Both the position numbers and the translations under genes were made by a program. Of a DNA stretch of 64,000 nucleotides, positions 41,241 to 50,951 are shown one piece after another. The notes under the pieces were generated by a model. That model saw nothing but the letters and a program-made list of their open reading frames with translations. It was not told the DNA's origin and did not search any database. Each line of letters opens with the position of its first letter. The stretch's first letter is position 1. The DNA comes from Dehalococcoidia bacterium (lineage in GTDB: Bacteria; Chloroflexota; Dehalococcoidia; Bin125). The stretch is taken from the NCBI GenBank assembly GCA_963663235.2, contig CAXXNO010000005.1:1-64000 (forward strand), written 5' to 3'.

Positions 41241-41952
41241 GTCGGAACGCGCATGGCTATAGTCGCCTACCGCTTGTCTGCCTTGAACTCTGCACGTTGC
41301 GCCATTCGTCCTGTCCTATACGACAAGGGACAGGGCCTCATGTGACGGGAGCACGGGGTTCGGGCTGCGGCAGACGGAGCGCAAGGCGGGGCGTCTCGAG
41401 GAGGGCGTGCACTGGCGCCGACCCCTGTGTGGATCATTCGGGCCTCCAGCGAGGCTGGTGCTGCCCTGGGACGCCGGCCCCGCGGACTATCTGCTCCAGG
41501 GCCGGTACGAGGTGAACCCTCTACCCCGACGATGACGCTGATGGAGTCACCGTCGATTTGTGTGCAGGCGTGCGCGACCTGGCGGACGTGGCGGAGTCAT
41601 TCAACATCATCGCGAATTCACGAGACGCTGTTGCGGCGACGGTCTACAGTCGGGAGGAGGAAGGGAAGATACTTACTTCCGAGACAAGAAGTGGCGAGTT
41701 CACGGATGTCGAGACCGGCACGACTCGGATGAGCGCCGGCCGCGCAGCAATGGGTCCTCTGGGTGGCGCGCAGCCGCAGCAGTGCTTCGTGGCGCCTCGT
41801 TCTGCCTCGCCTGAGTCCCGTCCCAGCCTCGTTGATGGCGCTCCCCTGTCCGAATACCGAGGGCCTGCACGTTGGCCTCGCGAATGTTCGCGCGGCCTTG
41901 CGCAGGGCGTCCGGTCGGCCCGGCGCTCGATCGCCATGCGCGGGCTCTGGGC

Positions 41953-43074
41953 GTGACCGTCGTGGATCCGCTCGCCCCCACCTGGGCCGAGGTGGACCTT
42001 GCGGCGGTGCGTGACAACGTCGCCACGCTCTGTCGCCTCGCCGACGGCGCGGAACTCATGGCCGTCGTCAAGGCGGACGGCTACGGCCACGGTGCGCTCC
42101 CTGTGGCGCAGGCGGCGCTTGCGGCGGGCGCAAAGAGGCTCGGCGTCGCTCGTGTCACTGAAGGACTGGCACTGCGGGCCGGGGGCGTGACCGCCCCGAT
42201 CCTCGTCCTCAGCATCGCCTTGCCCGCTGAGATCCCGAAGGCGGTTCGGGCGGATCTCACACTCACGCCCCACAACGTCGAGACGCTGGCCACCGCCGCG
42301 GCCGCCGCCCGAGCGCGGGGGCGGCCCGCGCCCGTGCACATCAAGGTGGATACGGGAATGGGGCGCTTCGGCCTGAGCCCGCCGGATGCAATGCGCATCG
42401 CGGCTCAAGCCGCCGCCGACCCCAATATTGAGCTAGAAGGCCTCTACAGCCACCTGGCCGCCGCCGACGAGCCGGACTGTGCTGTCAGCCGCGCTCAATT
42501 TGCGCGCTTCCGCCGGTTCGCCCAGGCTGTCGATCCTCACCACCAACTCGTCTGGCACGTGTGCAATACCGCCGCACTGCTCCGCTTCCCCGAGATGCAC
42601 CTCGGTATGGTGCGGCCTGGTATCGGGATCTACGGCCTGTCTCCCGCCCCCGGGCTGACCGCGGGCGTCGACTTGCGCCCCGCCATGGCGCTCAAGTCGG
42701 TGATCGCTCGAGTGTTCCGCCTGGAAACCGGTGACACGGTTGGGTACGGCGGTGCCTTCACCGCGCCGGCGCCGATGCGCGTTGCCACTGTGCCCTGTGG
42801 CTACGGCGACGGCTTGCCCCGGCTGCTGTCGAATCGTGGCGCGGCCTTAGTGCGTGGCTGCCCCTGCCCCGTGGTGGGTCGCGTCTCCATGGATCACTGC
42901 ACGCTCGATGTGTCCCAGGCGGGACCGGTCGCGGAAGGCGACGAAGTGGTGTTTTTCGGTCGCCAGGGAGACGCCACGATTCACGTCGGCGACGTCGCCG
43001 CGCTCGCCGAGACCATCCACTACGAAGTGGTCTCGGGAATCCTCGCCCGTGTGCCTCGCCGCTACCGCTCCTGA
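41953..43074 (+). CDS. alr: Alanine racemase
   Basis: AVVKADGYGHG (PLP lysine), HIKVDTGMGRFG, VRPGIGIYG, GYGDG, GRVSMD, TIHYEV. Confidence 0.96.
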   Translation: MTVVDPLAPTWAEVDLAAVRDNVATLCRLADGAELMAVVKADGYGHGALPVAQAALAAGAKRLGVARVTEGLALRAGGVTAPILVLSIALPAEIPKAVRADLTLTPHNVETLATAAAAARARGRPAPVHIKVDTGMGRFGLSPPDAMRIAAQAAADPNIELEGLYSHLAAADEPDCAVSRAQFARFRRFAQAVDPHHQLVWHVCNTAALLRFPEMHLGMVRPGIGIYGLSPAPGLTAGVDLRPAMALKSVIARVFRLETGDTVGYGGAFTAPAPMRVATVPCGYGDGLPRLLSNRGAALVRGCPCPVVGRVSMDHCTLDVSQAGPVAEGDEVVFFGRQGDATIHVGDVAALAETIHYEVVSGILARVPRRYRS

Positions 43075-43503
43075 CCAGGTCGATCCGTGAGCGCAGAAGG
43101 ATCCTGGCGGGCGCCAGGCTCCATCCGCTGGAGTCTCGCACGCTGATCCCACTCGGATTCGCGTCGGGATCCGCCAAGTGCAGGACGGATGGGCGCTCCG
43201 TGCTTGTCGGCCGCCAACCTCCCCTCCGCGCGAGACTCGAGCACGGAGCGCGGGCTGCACGTACCGTCTGACCGAGGGAACTCGTCGTCCGTTCTCGCAG
43301 GGACGGCCATTCTTCCGTCGCTCCTTCGCCGCACACGCGCACGGTGGTTGTCGCGAGCCCGGCTCCACCTCGGCGCCTCTCGTGCGGTCGTGCGGCGGCG
43401 AGGGGGCGCCGTATAATCGTCTGCGCTCTCCGGGACCGGGCGACGCCCTCGCGCCGATGTCGGGCGCCAGCAAAGGAGCGTCGCGCTGTCTCCCGTCGCC
43501 GAC

Positions 43504-44799
43504 ATGCGCCCATTCGCCTCGGTCCTACGCGGCCGCCGTCGGATCTACTACGGCTGGTGGCTGATCCTCGGCTCCATGGTGGCGGTGGGCATCCTCAGCG
43601 GCATCGCGATCTGGTCATTCACCCTGTTCGTGGAGCCGCTGGAGGTGGAGTTTGGCTGGTCGCGCGCGCAGGTAGTGTTGGGGGCGTCGCTCGCGGCGCT
43701 GACGGGTGGGGTGTCGTCGCCGTTCGTAGGGCGGTGGGTCGACGCGCAAGGACCGCGACGCGTAATTCTTGTCGGCGTCGTGTTGAGCGTCCTCAGCCTG
43801 ATCCTGCTGAGCACGACCAGCGCCCTCTGGCAGTGGTACCTGTACAACGGCGTGTTCGGCGTGGGGATCGCCGCCTCCTACTTCATCCCTTTTCAAGCGC
43901 TGGCATCTCGCTGGTTCGACCGGCGGCGCGGGATGGCGATCGGATTGCTTGGGGTGGGCATCGCCCTCGGCGGTCTGGGGATCGTCCTGGCCATGCGCGT
44001 GGTCATCGATGCGTTTGACTGGCGGGGTGGCTTCCTCTTCGGCGCCGCGCTGATGGGCGCCTACATGGTGCCGCTGACGCTGTGGTTGTTGCGCGACCGG
44101 CCCAGCGACGTGGGAGCGCGGATCGACGGGCAGCAGGTCCGAACCGACGAGGCCAGACGGGCCGTGCCGCTCACCGGCGTGGCGCTCTCACATGCGCTGC
44201 GCACGCCCCTGTTCTGGACGCTGACGCTGGCCATCGGGCTGTTCTTCTTCGGAGCGTTCGGCTGGGTGGTGCACGCCGTGCCCTACTACGAGTCCCGGGG
44301 AATCGGCACTGGACTGGCGGCGGGCCTGGTGGCCATCAGTCTTGCGGTCGGGGCCGGAGCGCGGTTGGCCGGGGGATGGATCGTCGACCGGAGCCAGAGC
44401 TTCGAGCGGCTAGCCATGGGCATGGCCGTGCTGGGCGGGCTGGCCATGCTGTCGCTACTGACGCTGCCCGGCTTCGTCGGCGTCGGCTTGTTCATCTTCC
44501 TCTGGGCATGCTCCAACGTGGGGCCATTCATGCTGGAGCCCGTGGCGATGAGCCGGGCGTTCGGCGTGCGGCACTTCGCCACCATCATCGGCGTGGTGAC
44601 CGTTCTGCGCACCGCGCTGCAACTCCTCGGCCCGCTGGTCGCCGGGATCATCTTCGATTCCACGGGGAAGTACGACTGGGCGCTGATCACGTTCATCGCC
44701 ATCTTCGGCGTCGCGGCCGCGCTCTTCTACGTCGCCGCGCGGCTCCGGCGGCCCGACTTCCCGCCTGCGCTCGGGGAGGGCGCACCCCAACATCGCTGA
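43504..44799 (+). CDS. MFS transporter (OFA/MCT-like)
   Basis: YYGWWL, EFGWSR, GRWVDAQGPR, RWFDRRRGMAIG; about 12 TM segments. Confidence 0.92.
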   Translation: MRPFASVLRGRRRIYYGWWLILGSMVAVGILSGIAIWSFTLFVEPLEVEFGWSRAQVVLGASLAALTGGVSSPFVGRWVDAQGPRRVILVGVVLSVLSLILLSTTSALWQWYLYNGVFGVGIAASYFIPFQALASRWFDRRRGMAIGLLGVGIALGGLGIVLAMRVVIDAFDWRGGFLFGAALMGAYMVPLTLWLLRDRPSDVGARIDGQQVRTDEARRAVPLTGVALSHALRTPLFWTLTLAIGLFFFGAFGWVVHAVPYYESRGIGTGLAAGLVAISLAVGAGARLAGGWIVDRSQSFERLAMGMAVLGGLAMLSLLTLPGFVGVGLFIFLWACSNVGPFMLEPVAMSRAFGVRHFATIIGVVTVLRTALQLLGPLVAGIIFDSTGKYDWALITFIAIFGVAAALFYVAARLRRPDFPPALGEGAPQHR

Positions 44800-45025
44800 G
44801 CAGCAACGAACGGCCGCGACGCTAGACCAGCGGATGGGGCGTCGTGCCCCCTGAAGATGGACGGCGCGCTGCCAGCGCCCCTCCCCCCACCCAACGGCAC
44901 ATCGCACAGGAGCGTCCGCCATCCGCCATTCATTTGCGCGCTCCGGCGCACAACGCCCTTCGGATCACCACAGGCGCGCTCGTGTACGATTGAAGATGAG
45001 CAATCGGTGATGGAGGAGGTGGAGT

Positions 45026-45687
45026 GTGGCGGAAGCGGAATCCCTGGAAGCGAAGCTCGCGCAGATCCGCGCCGACGCGGAGAAGAATCTGCCGCGCGAA
45101 TATCAGGAAGGGGCCACGCGCCTGGTCCATGAGCTCGACGAGGCGGTCATCGCTGAGGCCGTCAACGTCGGCGACGAGGCGCCGGACTTCACCCTCGCCA
45201 GCGCACAAGGCCAACGCCACACGCTGACGGATGCGCTCCATCGCGGCCCGGTGGTGCTCAACTTCTACCGCGGCTTCTGGTGACCGTACTGCCGTACGGA
45301 GCTGCAAGGTTTGCAGCAAGTCTACGACGAGATCCAGGCGCTCGATGGCGTGATCTTCTCCATCGGGCCGGAGACGTTGAAGAACGCCGGCAAAATGCAA
45401 AAAGCACGGGCGCAACCAGCCCCGTGCTCCTCGATACTGACGGCGCCGTGATCCGGGCCTACAAGATCGGCTACGACGTCCCCGACTATCTCCGCTCCTT
45501 CTTCGAGGGCTGGAAGATCTCCTTACCGCAGTTGAACCCGGACACTGGCTGGCTCCTGCCCATCCCGGCGACGTATGTGATCGATCAGCAGAGCGTTGTC
45601 CAGATGCGGTACGCCAATTCGGACTACACGCGCCGGGTCGAGCCGGCCGAGGTGATCGCTACCTTGCGCCGCATTCAAGGCCGCTGA
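45026..45687 (+). CDS. Peroxiredoxin-like (AhpC/TSA) selenoprotein, UxxC; frameshift in an A run near 45400
   Basis: GPVVLNFYRGFW-TGA(45281)-PYCRTELQGLQ matches the family motif RGxWCPYC with U in place of C. The C-terminal LPIPATYVID...DYTRRVEP is restored by adding one A. Confidence 0.85.
45301..45317 (+). promoter_or_regulatory. Candidate bacterial SECIS hairpin (Prx-like gene)
   Basis: GCTGCAA-GGT-TTGCAGC: perfect 7-bp stem with a G-containing loop, starting 17 nt after the UGA. Confidence 0.65.
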
Positions 45688-45788
45688 GAACACCCCCGAC
45701 CGGACGGCAATGAGCCTGCTTGCGTGCCGCATTAGGTCGCCATCCGGCGACCATCGTGGTGCGTCGGCGAGGGGGCGCCGACCCGGAC

Positions 45789-47207
45789 TCAGGCCACGAT
45801 GGCAGGGCGGATCGCGCCGACCTGGGTGGCGGCCTCAAAGGCGTGGGCGAGTTGCAGGACCGCGAAGTCTGCCTGGTGCCGCCCGACGATCTGGAGGCCG
45901 ACCGGCAGCCCGTCCGCAGTGAACCCGGCGGGGACGGAGATGGCGGGGAGGCCGGTCACGGTGATGGCGTAGGTGAGCCCCAGCCAGTCGATGTAGGTCC
46001 CGAGCGGCTGCCCGTTGATTTCGCTGACGTAGCGCTGCCCAATCGGGAACGGCGGGACGCTGACAGCCGGAAGGACCAGGAACTCGTAACGCTCGAAGAA
46101 GCGCCGCACACGGTCGTAGAGCTGTGAGCGCTTGATTTCGGCCTGGGCCACCGTCAAGGCGTCGAGGGACAGCCCTTGCTCGATATTCCAGACCACGGTG
46201 TCTTTCAACAGGTCGCGGTGCTCCCGATAGGCCTGCTCGTACTGGCCGGCGAACGCCCAGGCGCGCAGCACCTGGAAGATCTCGTCGACATCGCTGAGGT
46301 CGGGCGCGGCCTCGTCGAGCAGGCAACCGAGTTCCTCAAAGACGGGGCGCTGGCGGTCGCAAACGGCTGTGACGGCCGAGTCGACGGGGTAACGGCTGAG
46401 GTCGCGGCTCCAGGCGATGCGGGCGCCCCGGAAGTCGCGTTCCAGGGGGGCGGCGAAGAGGCTGCCGGCTTCGCGGATGGCGATTGGAGAGCGCGGGTCG
46501 GGGCCGGCGAGGACGGAGAGTTGGAGAGCGACGTCTTCCACGACGCGCGCCATGGGACCTTGGACGCTGAGTGAACTCCAGGCCGTGGAGACTGGCCAGG
46601 TGGGGACCCTCCCGAGTGAGGGGCGGAAGCCGACGACGTTGCAGAAGCTCGCCGGGTTGCGCAGCGAGCCGCCCAGGTCGGAGCCGGATGCGAGGGGGAC
46701 CATGCCGCAGGCGAGCGCGACGGCAGAGCCGCCGCTGCTGCCACCGCAAGTCTTCGCGAGGTCGTACGGGTTGTGCGTCTCGCCGAAGAGGGTGTTGAAG
46801 GTCTGAGCGCCGGCGCCGAACTCGGGCGTATTGGTCTTGCCGACGACGATCGCTCCCGCGCTCCTGTAGCGCTCGACGATGAGGGCGTCCTGCTCGGGGA
46901 CATGGTCCCGATAGATGGGGGAGCCGTAGGTGGTGCGGATTCCGCGGGTGTCGACGAGATCCTTGATGCCCACGGGTAGGCCGTGGAGCGGCCCCGCTAT
47001 GCCGCCGCGCGCGAGGGACGTATCGGCCGCTTCGGCGGCGCAGAGCGCTTGCTCCGGGATCAGGGTGCAGAACGCGTTGACCTGGGCGTTAAGGCGTTCG
47101 ATCTGCGTGAGATGCGCCTCCATGACCTCGACGGCCGACAGTTCGCGTGCCTTCAGACGTCGCCCCAGTTCGGCCGCGGTGAGAAAGCAGAGATCTGGTG
47201 CAGTCAC
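45789..47207 (-). CDS. Amidase (amidase signature family)
   Basis: GPLHGLPVGIKD, GKTNTPEFG, GGSSGGS, GSDLGGSLRNPASFC. Confidence 0.95.
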   Translation of the reverse strand: MTAPDLCFLTAAELGRRLKARELSAVEVMEAHLTQIERLNAQVNAFCTLIPEQALCAAEAADTSLARGGIAGPLHGLPVGIKDLVDTRGIRTTYGSPIYRDHVPEQDALIVERYRSAGAIVVGKTNTPEFGAGAQTFNTLFGETHNPYDLAKTCGGSSGGSAVALACGMVPLASGSDLGGSLRNPASFCNVVGFRPSLGRVPTWPVSTAWSSLSVQGPMARVVEDVALQLSVLAGPDPRSPIAIREAGSLFAAPLERDFRGARIAWSRDLSRYPVDSAVTAVCDRQRPVFEELGCLLDEAAPDLSDVDEIFQVLRAWAFAGQYEQAYREHRDLLKDTVVWNIEQGLSLDALTVAQAEIKRSQLYDRVRRFFERYEFLVLPAVSVPPFPIGQRYVSEINGQPLGTYIDWLGLTYAITVTGLPAISVPAGFTADGLPVGLQIVGRHQADFAVLQLAHAFEAATQVGAIRPAIVA

Positions 47208-47412
47208 GTGGTTGATCCTGTTCCGTCCGGTCGGCGGCGATGTTAGCAGCCGACGAGACAATTGATAGCGCAAGGCATACCCACCTGATCGGGCCGTAGG
47301 GCCAAGCGGCGGCGCGACTCGCAGGCGACGTCTGTCACCCCCCACCTCGCTGCGGCGGGCGGTCCGTTCTGTTCTCGGCTCCGATGCGGAAGGAGTGCTC
47401 GTGCCCGATGGG

Positions 47413-47997
47413 CTATTCGATGGACAGGAGCTCGATCTCGAACGTCAGCGTTTCGCCTGCCAAGGGATGGTTGGCATCGACGCGGACGATGTCGTCCGTG
47501 ATCTCCACCACGGTACCCGCCGCGCCCCCGCCGAAGCTCACAGGGCCACCGACCTGCACGCCCGGCGGGGCCTGATCGAGTGGAACGTCGATGATGAGCG
47601 CGGGGTCGGGATCGCCATAGGCGTCGACGGGAGGAATCGCGACCGTAACGACGTCGCCGACACTCAGTCCAATCACGGCGGCATCGAAGCCGGCGATCAC
47701 CTGCCCAAGCCCGACGACGAAGGAGAACGGCGCGCCACGGTCGCGGCTGGAATCGAAGACATCACCGCCGTCGAGAGTGCCGTGGTAGAAGACGCTGTCG
47801 CCGGACTCGGCGCGCCGCCCGTTCGTCTCCTCGGGCGGCCCCTCTGCGGCGGGGGCTAGCTGGGCCGCGGGCGTCTCGGAGGGCAGTGCCGCTTGTGCAT
47901 CGGGGGCCGAGTCGGAAGATCCGCCGCAAGCCGCAGCGAAGACGACAACCACGGGGACTGCACTCAGCCCCCAACGCTTGCTGCTTAGTCGGAGCAT
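47413..47997 (-). CDS. FKBP-type peptidyl-prolyl isomerase (SlyD-like) with lipoprotein signal
   Basis: Lipobox FAAACGG; YHGTLDGGDVFDSS, GQVIAGFD, DAYG, VDANHPLAGETLTFEIELL. Confidence 0.88.
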   Translation of the reverse strand: MLRLSSKRWGLSAVPVVVVFAAACGGSSDSAPDAQAALPSETPAAQLAPAAEGPPEETNGRRAESGDSVFYHGTLDGGDVFDSSRDRGAPFSFVVGLGQVIAGFDAAVIGLSVGDVVTVAIPPVDAYGDPDPALIIDVPLDQAPPGVQVGGPVSFGGGAAGTVVEITDDIVRVDANHPLAGETLTFEIELLSIE

Positions 47998-48291
47998 GAC
48001 GTTCCCTCTCCTGGCGCCCTCGGCGCGCTCTTCACCATCGTGACACGGTCGCCGCTGTCTGTCGTCCTCGCGGCCGCCGTTGAGAGAGAGGTCGTTTGGA
48101 CTGCGCCGGCGCGGGACGGCTGGCTGACGGTCGTGGCCGTGGGCTGGCCCGGGCGGGCAGAGCGCGCCACTCCCGTGTACGCTTCGTGACGGCGATGAGC
48201 GGGCGCCTTGGCCTGCGAGATCGCCGTCCAGCGGCCCCCGGCCGGATCGACGGCCGCTGTTGCCGCGACGACACCTGGGAGAGGAACATCG

Positions 48292-49308
48292 ATGGCTGGC
48301 CTGGGCATCAAATTTCCGGACACCGACTCGCTGCAAACCGAAGACGTGTTGGAGTGCGCCAAGGCGGCGGACGCCGCGGGCTTCGAGTCGCTGTGGATGT
48401 CGGACTACGCGTCGGGGGACGTCTTCGCCGTGCTCTCCGCCTGCGCCGTGGTCACCGAGCGGATCCAGCTCGGCACCGGCATCGCGGTGATCTTCAACCG
48501 CTCCCCCATCGCCATGGCGATGGGGGCGGCGTCGCTGGACACGATCTCGAAAGGGCGCACCATCCTGGGGCTGGGGCAAGGCCATCGCGCCATCGTCGAG
48601 GAGCAGATGGGTCTCACGTACGACCGGCCGCTGCGGCGGCTGCGCGAGTACACGGAGATCATCCGGGCGCTGCTCCGAGACGGGGAGGTCTCGTATCGGG
48701 GCGAGATCTTTTCGCTGGACTACAAGCCCTGGGTGCAGTTCTATCGGCAACGCATCCCCATCGTGCATCCGCCGCTGGTGCAGAAGAGCGCGCGGCGCGC
48801 GGGCGGCATCGCCGACGGCACCCTCTCGACTCTGGTGACGCCCGATCGCCTGCGCAACCTCATCCGCTGGATCGCGGACGGAGCACGGGAAGCCGGCCGC
48901 GATCCGGCCGAGGTGGAGATCGGCGCTTATCTATGGACGGTTGTGGCCCCCGACGCTGAGTCCCGTGACCGAGGCCGCCGGCTCATCAGGCAGCAGATCG
49001 CCTGGTACGCGGGCAACCTCCCCCTGTACGCGAACCTGGTGCGTGAGAGCGGCTTCAGCGAGAACGTGGACCGGGTCGCGGACCTGTGGCAGAGCGGCGA
49101 CCAGGACGCGGCCGTCGACGCTGTCGCGGACGGCCTCGTGGACGCCGTGGGCGTCGTGGGGGACCTGGATTACTGCCGCGCCCGCATCGATGAGTACCGC
49201 GCCGCCGGCCTGCAGCGACCGGTCATCTACCCGTTGCCGCTGAGCCCGCGCGAGACCAAGCACGCCTTCCTCAGCGCCGTCGAGATCCTGGACGGCGCGA
49301 GCGCCTGA
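48292..49308 (+). CDS. LLM class flavin/F420-dependent oxidoreductase
   Basis: AADAAGFESLWM, TERIQLGTGI, GRTILGLG, GIADG, EAGRDP. Confidence 0.9.
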   Translation: MAGLGIKFPDTDSLQTEDVLECAKAADAAGFESLWMSDYASGDVFAVLSACAVVTERIQLGTGIAVIFNRSPIAMAMGAASLDTISKGRTILGLGQGHRAIVEEQMGLTYDRPLRRLREYTEIIRALLRDGEVSYRGEIFSLDYKPWVQFYRQRIPIVHPPLVQKSARRAGGIADGTLSTLVTPDRLRNLIRWIADGAREAGRDPAEVEIGAYLWTVVAPDAESRDRGRRLIRQQIAWYAGNLPLYANLVRESGFSENVDRVADLWQSGDQDAAVDAVADGLVDAVGVVGDLDYCRARIDEYRAAGLQRPVIYPLPLSPRETKHAFLSAVEILDGASA

Positions 49309-49395
49309 ACCTCAGTCGAGCCGATCACGCTCAGCCATCGTTGAGCGCGTTGGGCTCGCCGGGGTGCGCGTGAGAGACGCACGGCCGGAAGGGTG

Positions 49396-49869
49396 CTATG
49401 GCACCTCGGGTGGGGGGTCGATGTTGCTCTTGTCCGATGGCTCCTCACCATCCGTGACCCGATTGAACGTGACCATGAACTGCGAGGATTGCTTCACCCG
49501 CTCCACGGCCATCCGCGCAACGAGGGTGGTCAGCCCGCCCAGCGCCTTCCGCTGAGGCACGTCGGCGATGCTCACGACGGTCCATCCGTGCTCCGCCGCC
49601 GCCTCGATGCCGCGTCGCATCGACTCCTCGTCGGGGAACCCCTGCGTGTGCGTCGGTGCGCTGGCCTGCTCGAACCAACGCTCACGGCGCTCCCCCTCCC
49701 GGCGCCGCTCTTCGAGTTTGGCGTCCAGCCGAGCGCGGCCCTGCTTGCTTTGCTCCCTCGCGGCGGTGCGTGCTCGCTCCGCCATCTCTTCCGCCCGCGC
49801 CCGCGCCTCCGGTGCCCTCTCCTGTGCGATCTGCTTCGCCCGCTCCAGACGTTCGCGCCAGCTCGGCAT
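49396..49869 (-). CDS. Hypothetical protein (coiled-coil N-terminus)
   Basis: GGAGG RBS before ATG; charged helical N-terminus and a small alpha/beta C-terminus. Confidence 0.55.
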   Translation of the reverse strand: MPSWRERLERAKQIAQERAPEARARAEEMAERARTAAREQSKQGRARLDAKLEERRREGERRERWFEQASAPTHTQGFPDEESMRRGIEAAAEHGWTVVSIADVPQRKALGGLTTLVARMAVERVKQSSQFMVTFNRVTDGEEPSDKSNIDPPPEVP

Positions 49870-50153
49870 CGTTCTGTACCTCCACCGGGCGCTCCCGGCC
49901 TAACGGCCCGGATGATCCCCATCTGCGGATATGCAAGCGACCGCCGTAGGAAGACCGGCTTTGCATGCTACCACCGCCATTGCGGATCGACCTCCCCGCA
50001 CAGAAGGAGCGCCCCCGAAGTCGATGCTCGGCGCCGGGATCGTGCCGAGTGAGCGACGCCGCCGATCACGGATCACCGTCGAGAAGACGTAGCAGTCGCT
50101 GAGTTGGACGGAGGGCGGTAGAATGACCCGCACTGGAGGAGGAGATGACGCCA

Positions 50154-50408
50154 ATGAAAACCGATGGACTGGAGATCCGCGTCGAGTACTGCGCCACCTG
50201 AAACTACTTACCGCGAGCCCTCTGGATGATGGGCGAGATCATGACAGACATTCAGAACGACGTGAGAAGCGTGGTGCTCAACCCTGGCAGCGGCGGCGTC
50301 TTCGAATGGTCGGTGAATGGGGATCTGGTCTTTAGTAAGGCTTCGACCGGCCGCTACCCCGAGATGAAGGAGCTCAAAGAGCTCATCTACGCCAAGCTGG
50401 ATGCGTGA
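50154..50408 (+). CDS. SelW/SelT/SelH (Rdx) family selenoprotein, CxxU
   Basis: MKTDGLEIRVEYCAT-TGA(50199)-NYLPRALW...PGSGGVFEWSVNGDLVFSKASTGRYPE; in frame with ORF 50226..50408; GGAGGAGG RBS. Confidence 0.92.
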
Positions 50409-50417
50409 GGGTGCGAC

Positions 50418-50951
50418 ATGAAATCGATGGTCCGAGTCCTCAACCCGGTGGGGCATGTCCGCGTCAAAGAAGTGCAGGCGGCCCTGCGGCCGCGGTCCTT
50501 GGCCAACCTTCGCCCGGGGATCCTGGAGAATCGCAAGGCCAACGCCCGCCTGCTGATGGAGACGATGGTTGATCGCCTGCGCCAGCGCATGCCGCTCGGG
50601 GAGCTCACCGTCGGGAGCAAGCCCGTCGCCGCGCCGCCGAGTCGCGCCACCCTCGATCGCCTCGTCGCCAACTGTGACTTCGTCCTCGTGGGGTCGAGTG
50701 ATTGAGGCTCCTGCACGGCGTGGAGTGTCCACGCCGCCATCCTGCTTGAGAGCCAAGGAATCCCGACCGTAACCGTCGGTACGGACGCCTTCGCAGAGTT
50801 GCTGCGGATGGAAGCGGAACAGCGCGGCATGCCCGATCTGCCGCACGTCCTCGTGCCGCATCCGCTCGGCGGCGTGAAAGAAGACGCGGTCCGCGCCAAG
50901 ACCGTGCCGGTGGTGGACGACCTCATCGACGCACTGACGAGCGCCGGGTGA
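50418..50951 (+). CDS. UGSC-family selenoprotein
   Basis: ...CDFVLVGSSD-TGA(50703)-GSCTAWSVHAAILLESQGIPTV...GMPDLPHVLVPHP; the frame stays open to TGA 50949-50951, which overlaps the next start. Confidence 0.9.
50716..50736 (+). promoter_or_regulatory. Candidate bacterial SECIS hairpin (UGSC gene)
   Basis: CGGCGTGGA-GTG-TCCACGCCG: perfect 9-bp stem starting 10 nt after the UGA. Confidence 0.7.

Noticed and set aside
45390-45410. Programmed ribosomal frameshift at the A run in the Prx-like gene
   Set aside because: Similar one-base indels occur throughout the window, so a homopolymer error is more parsimonious.
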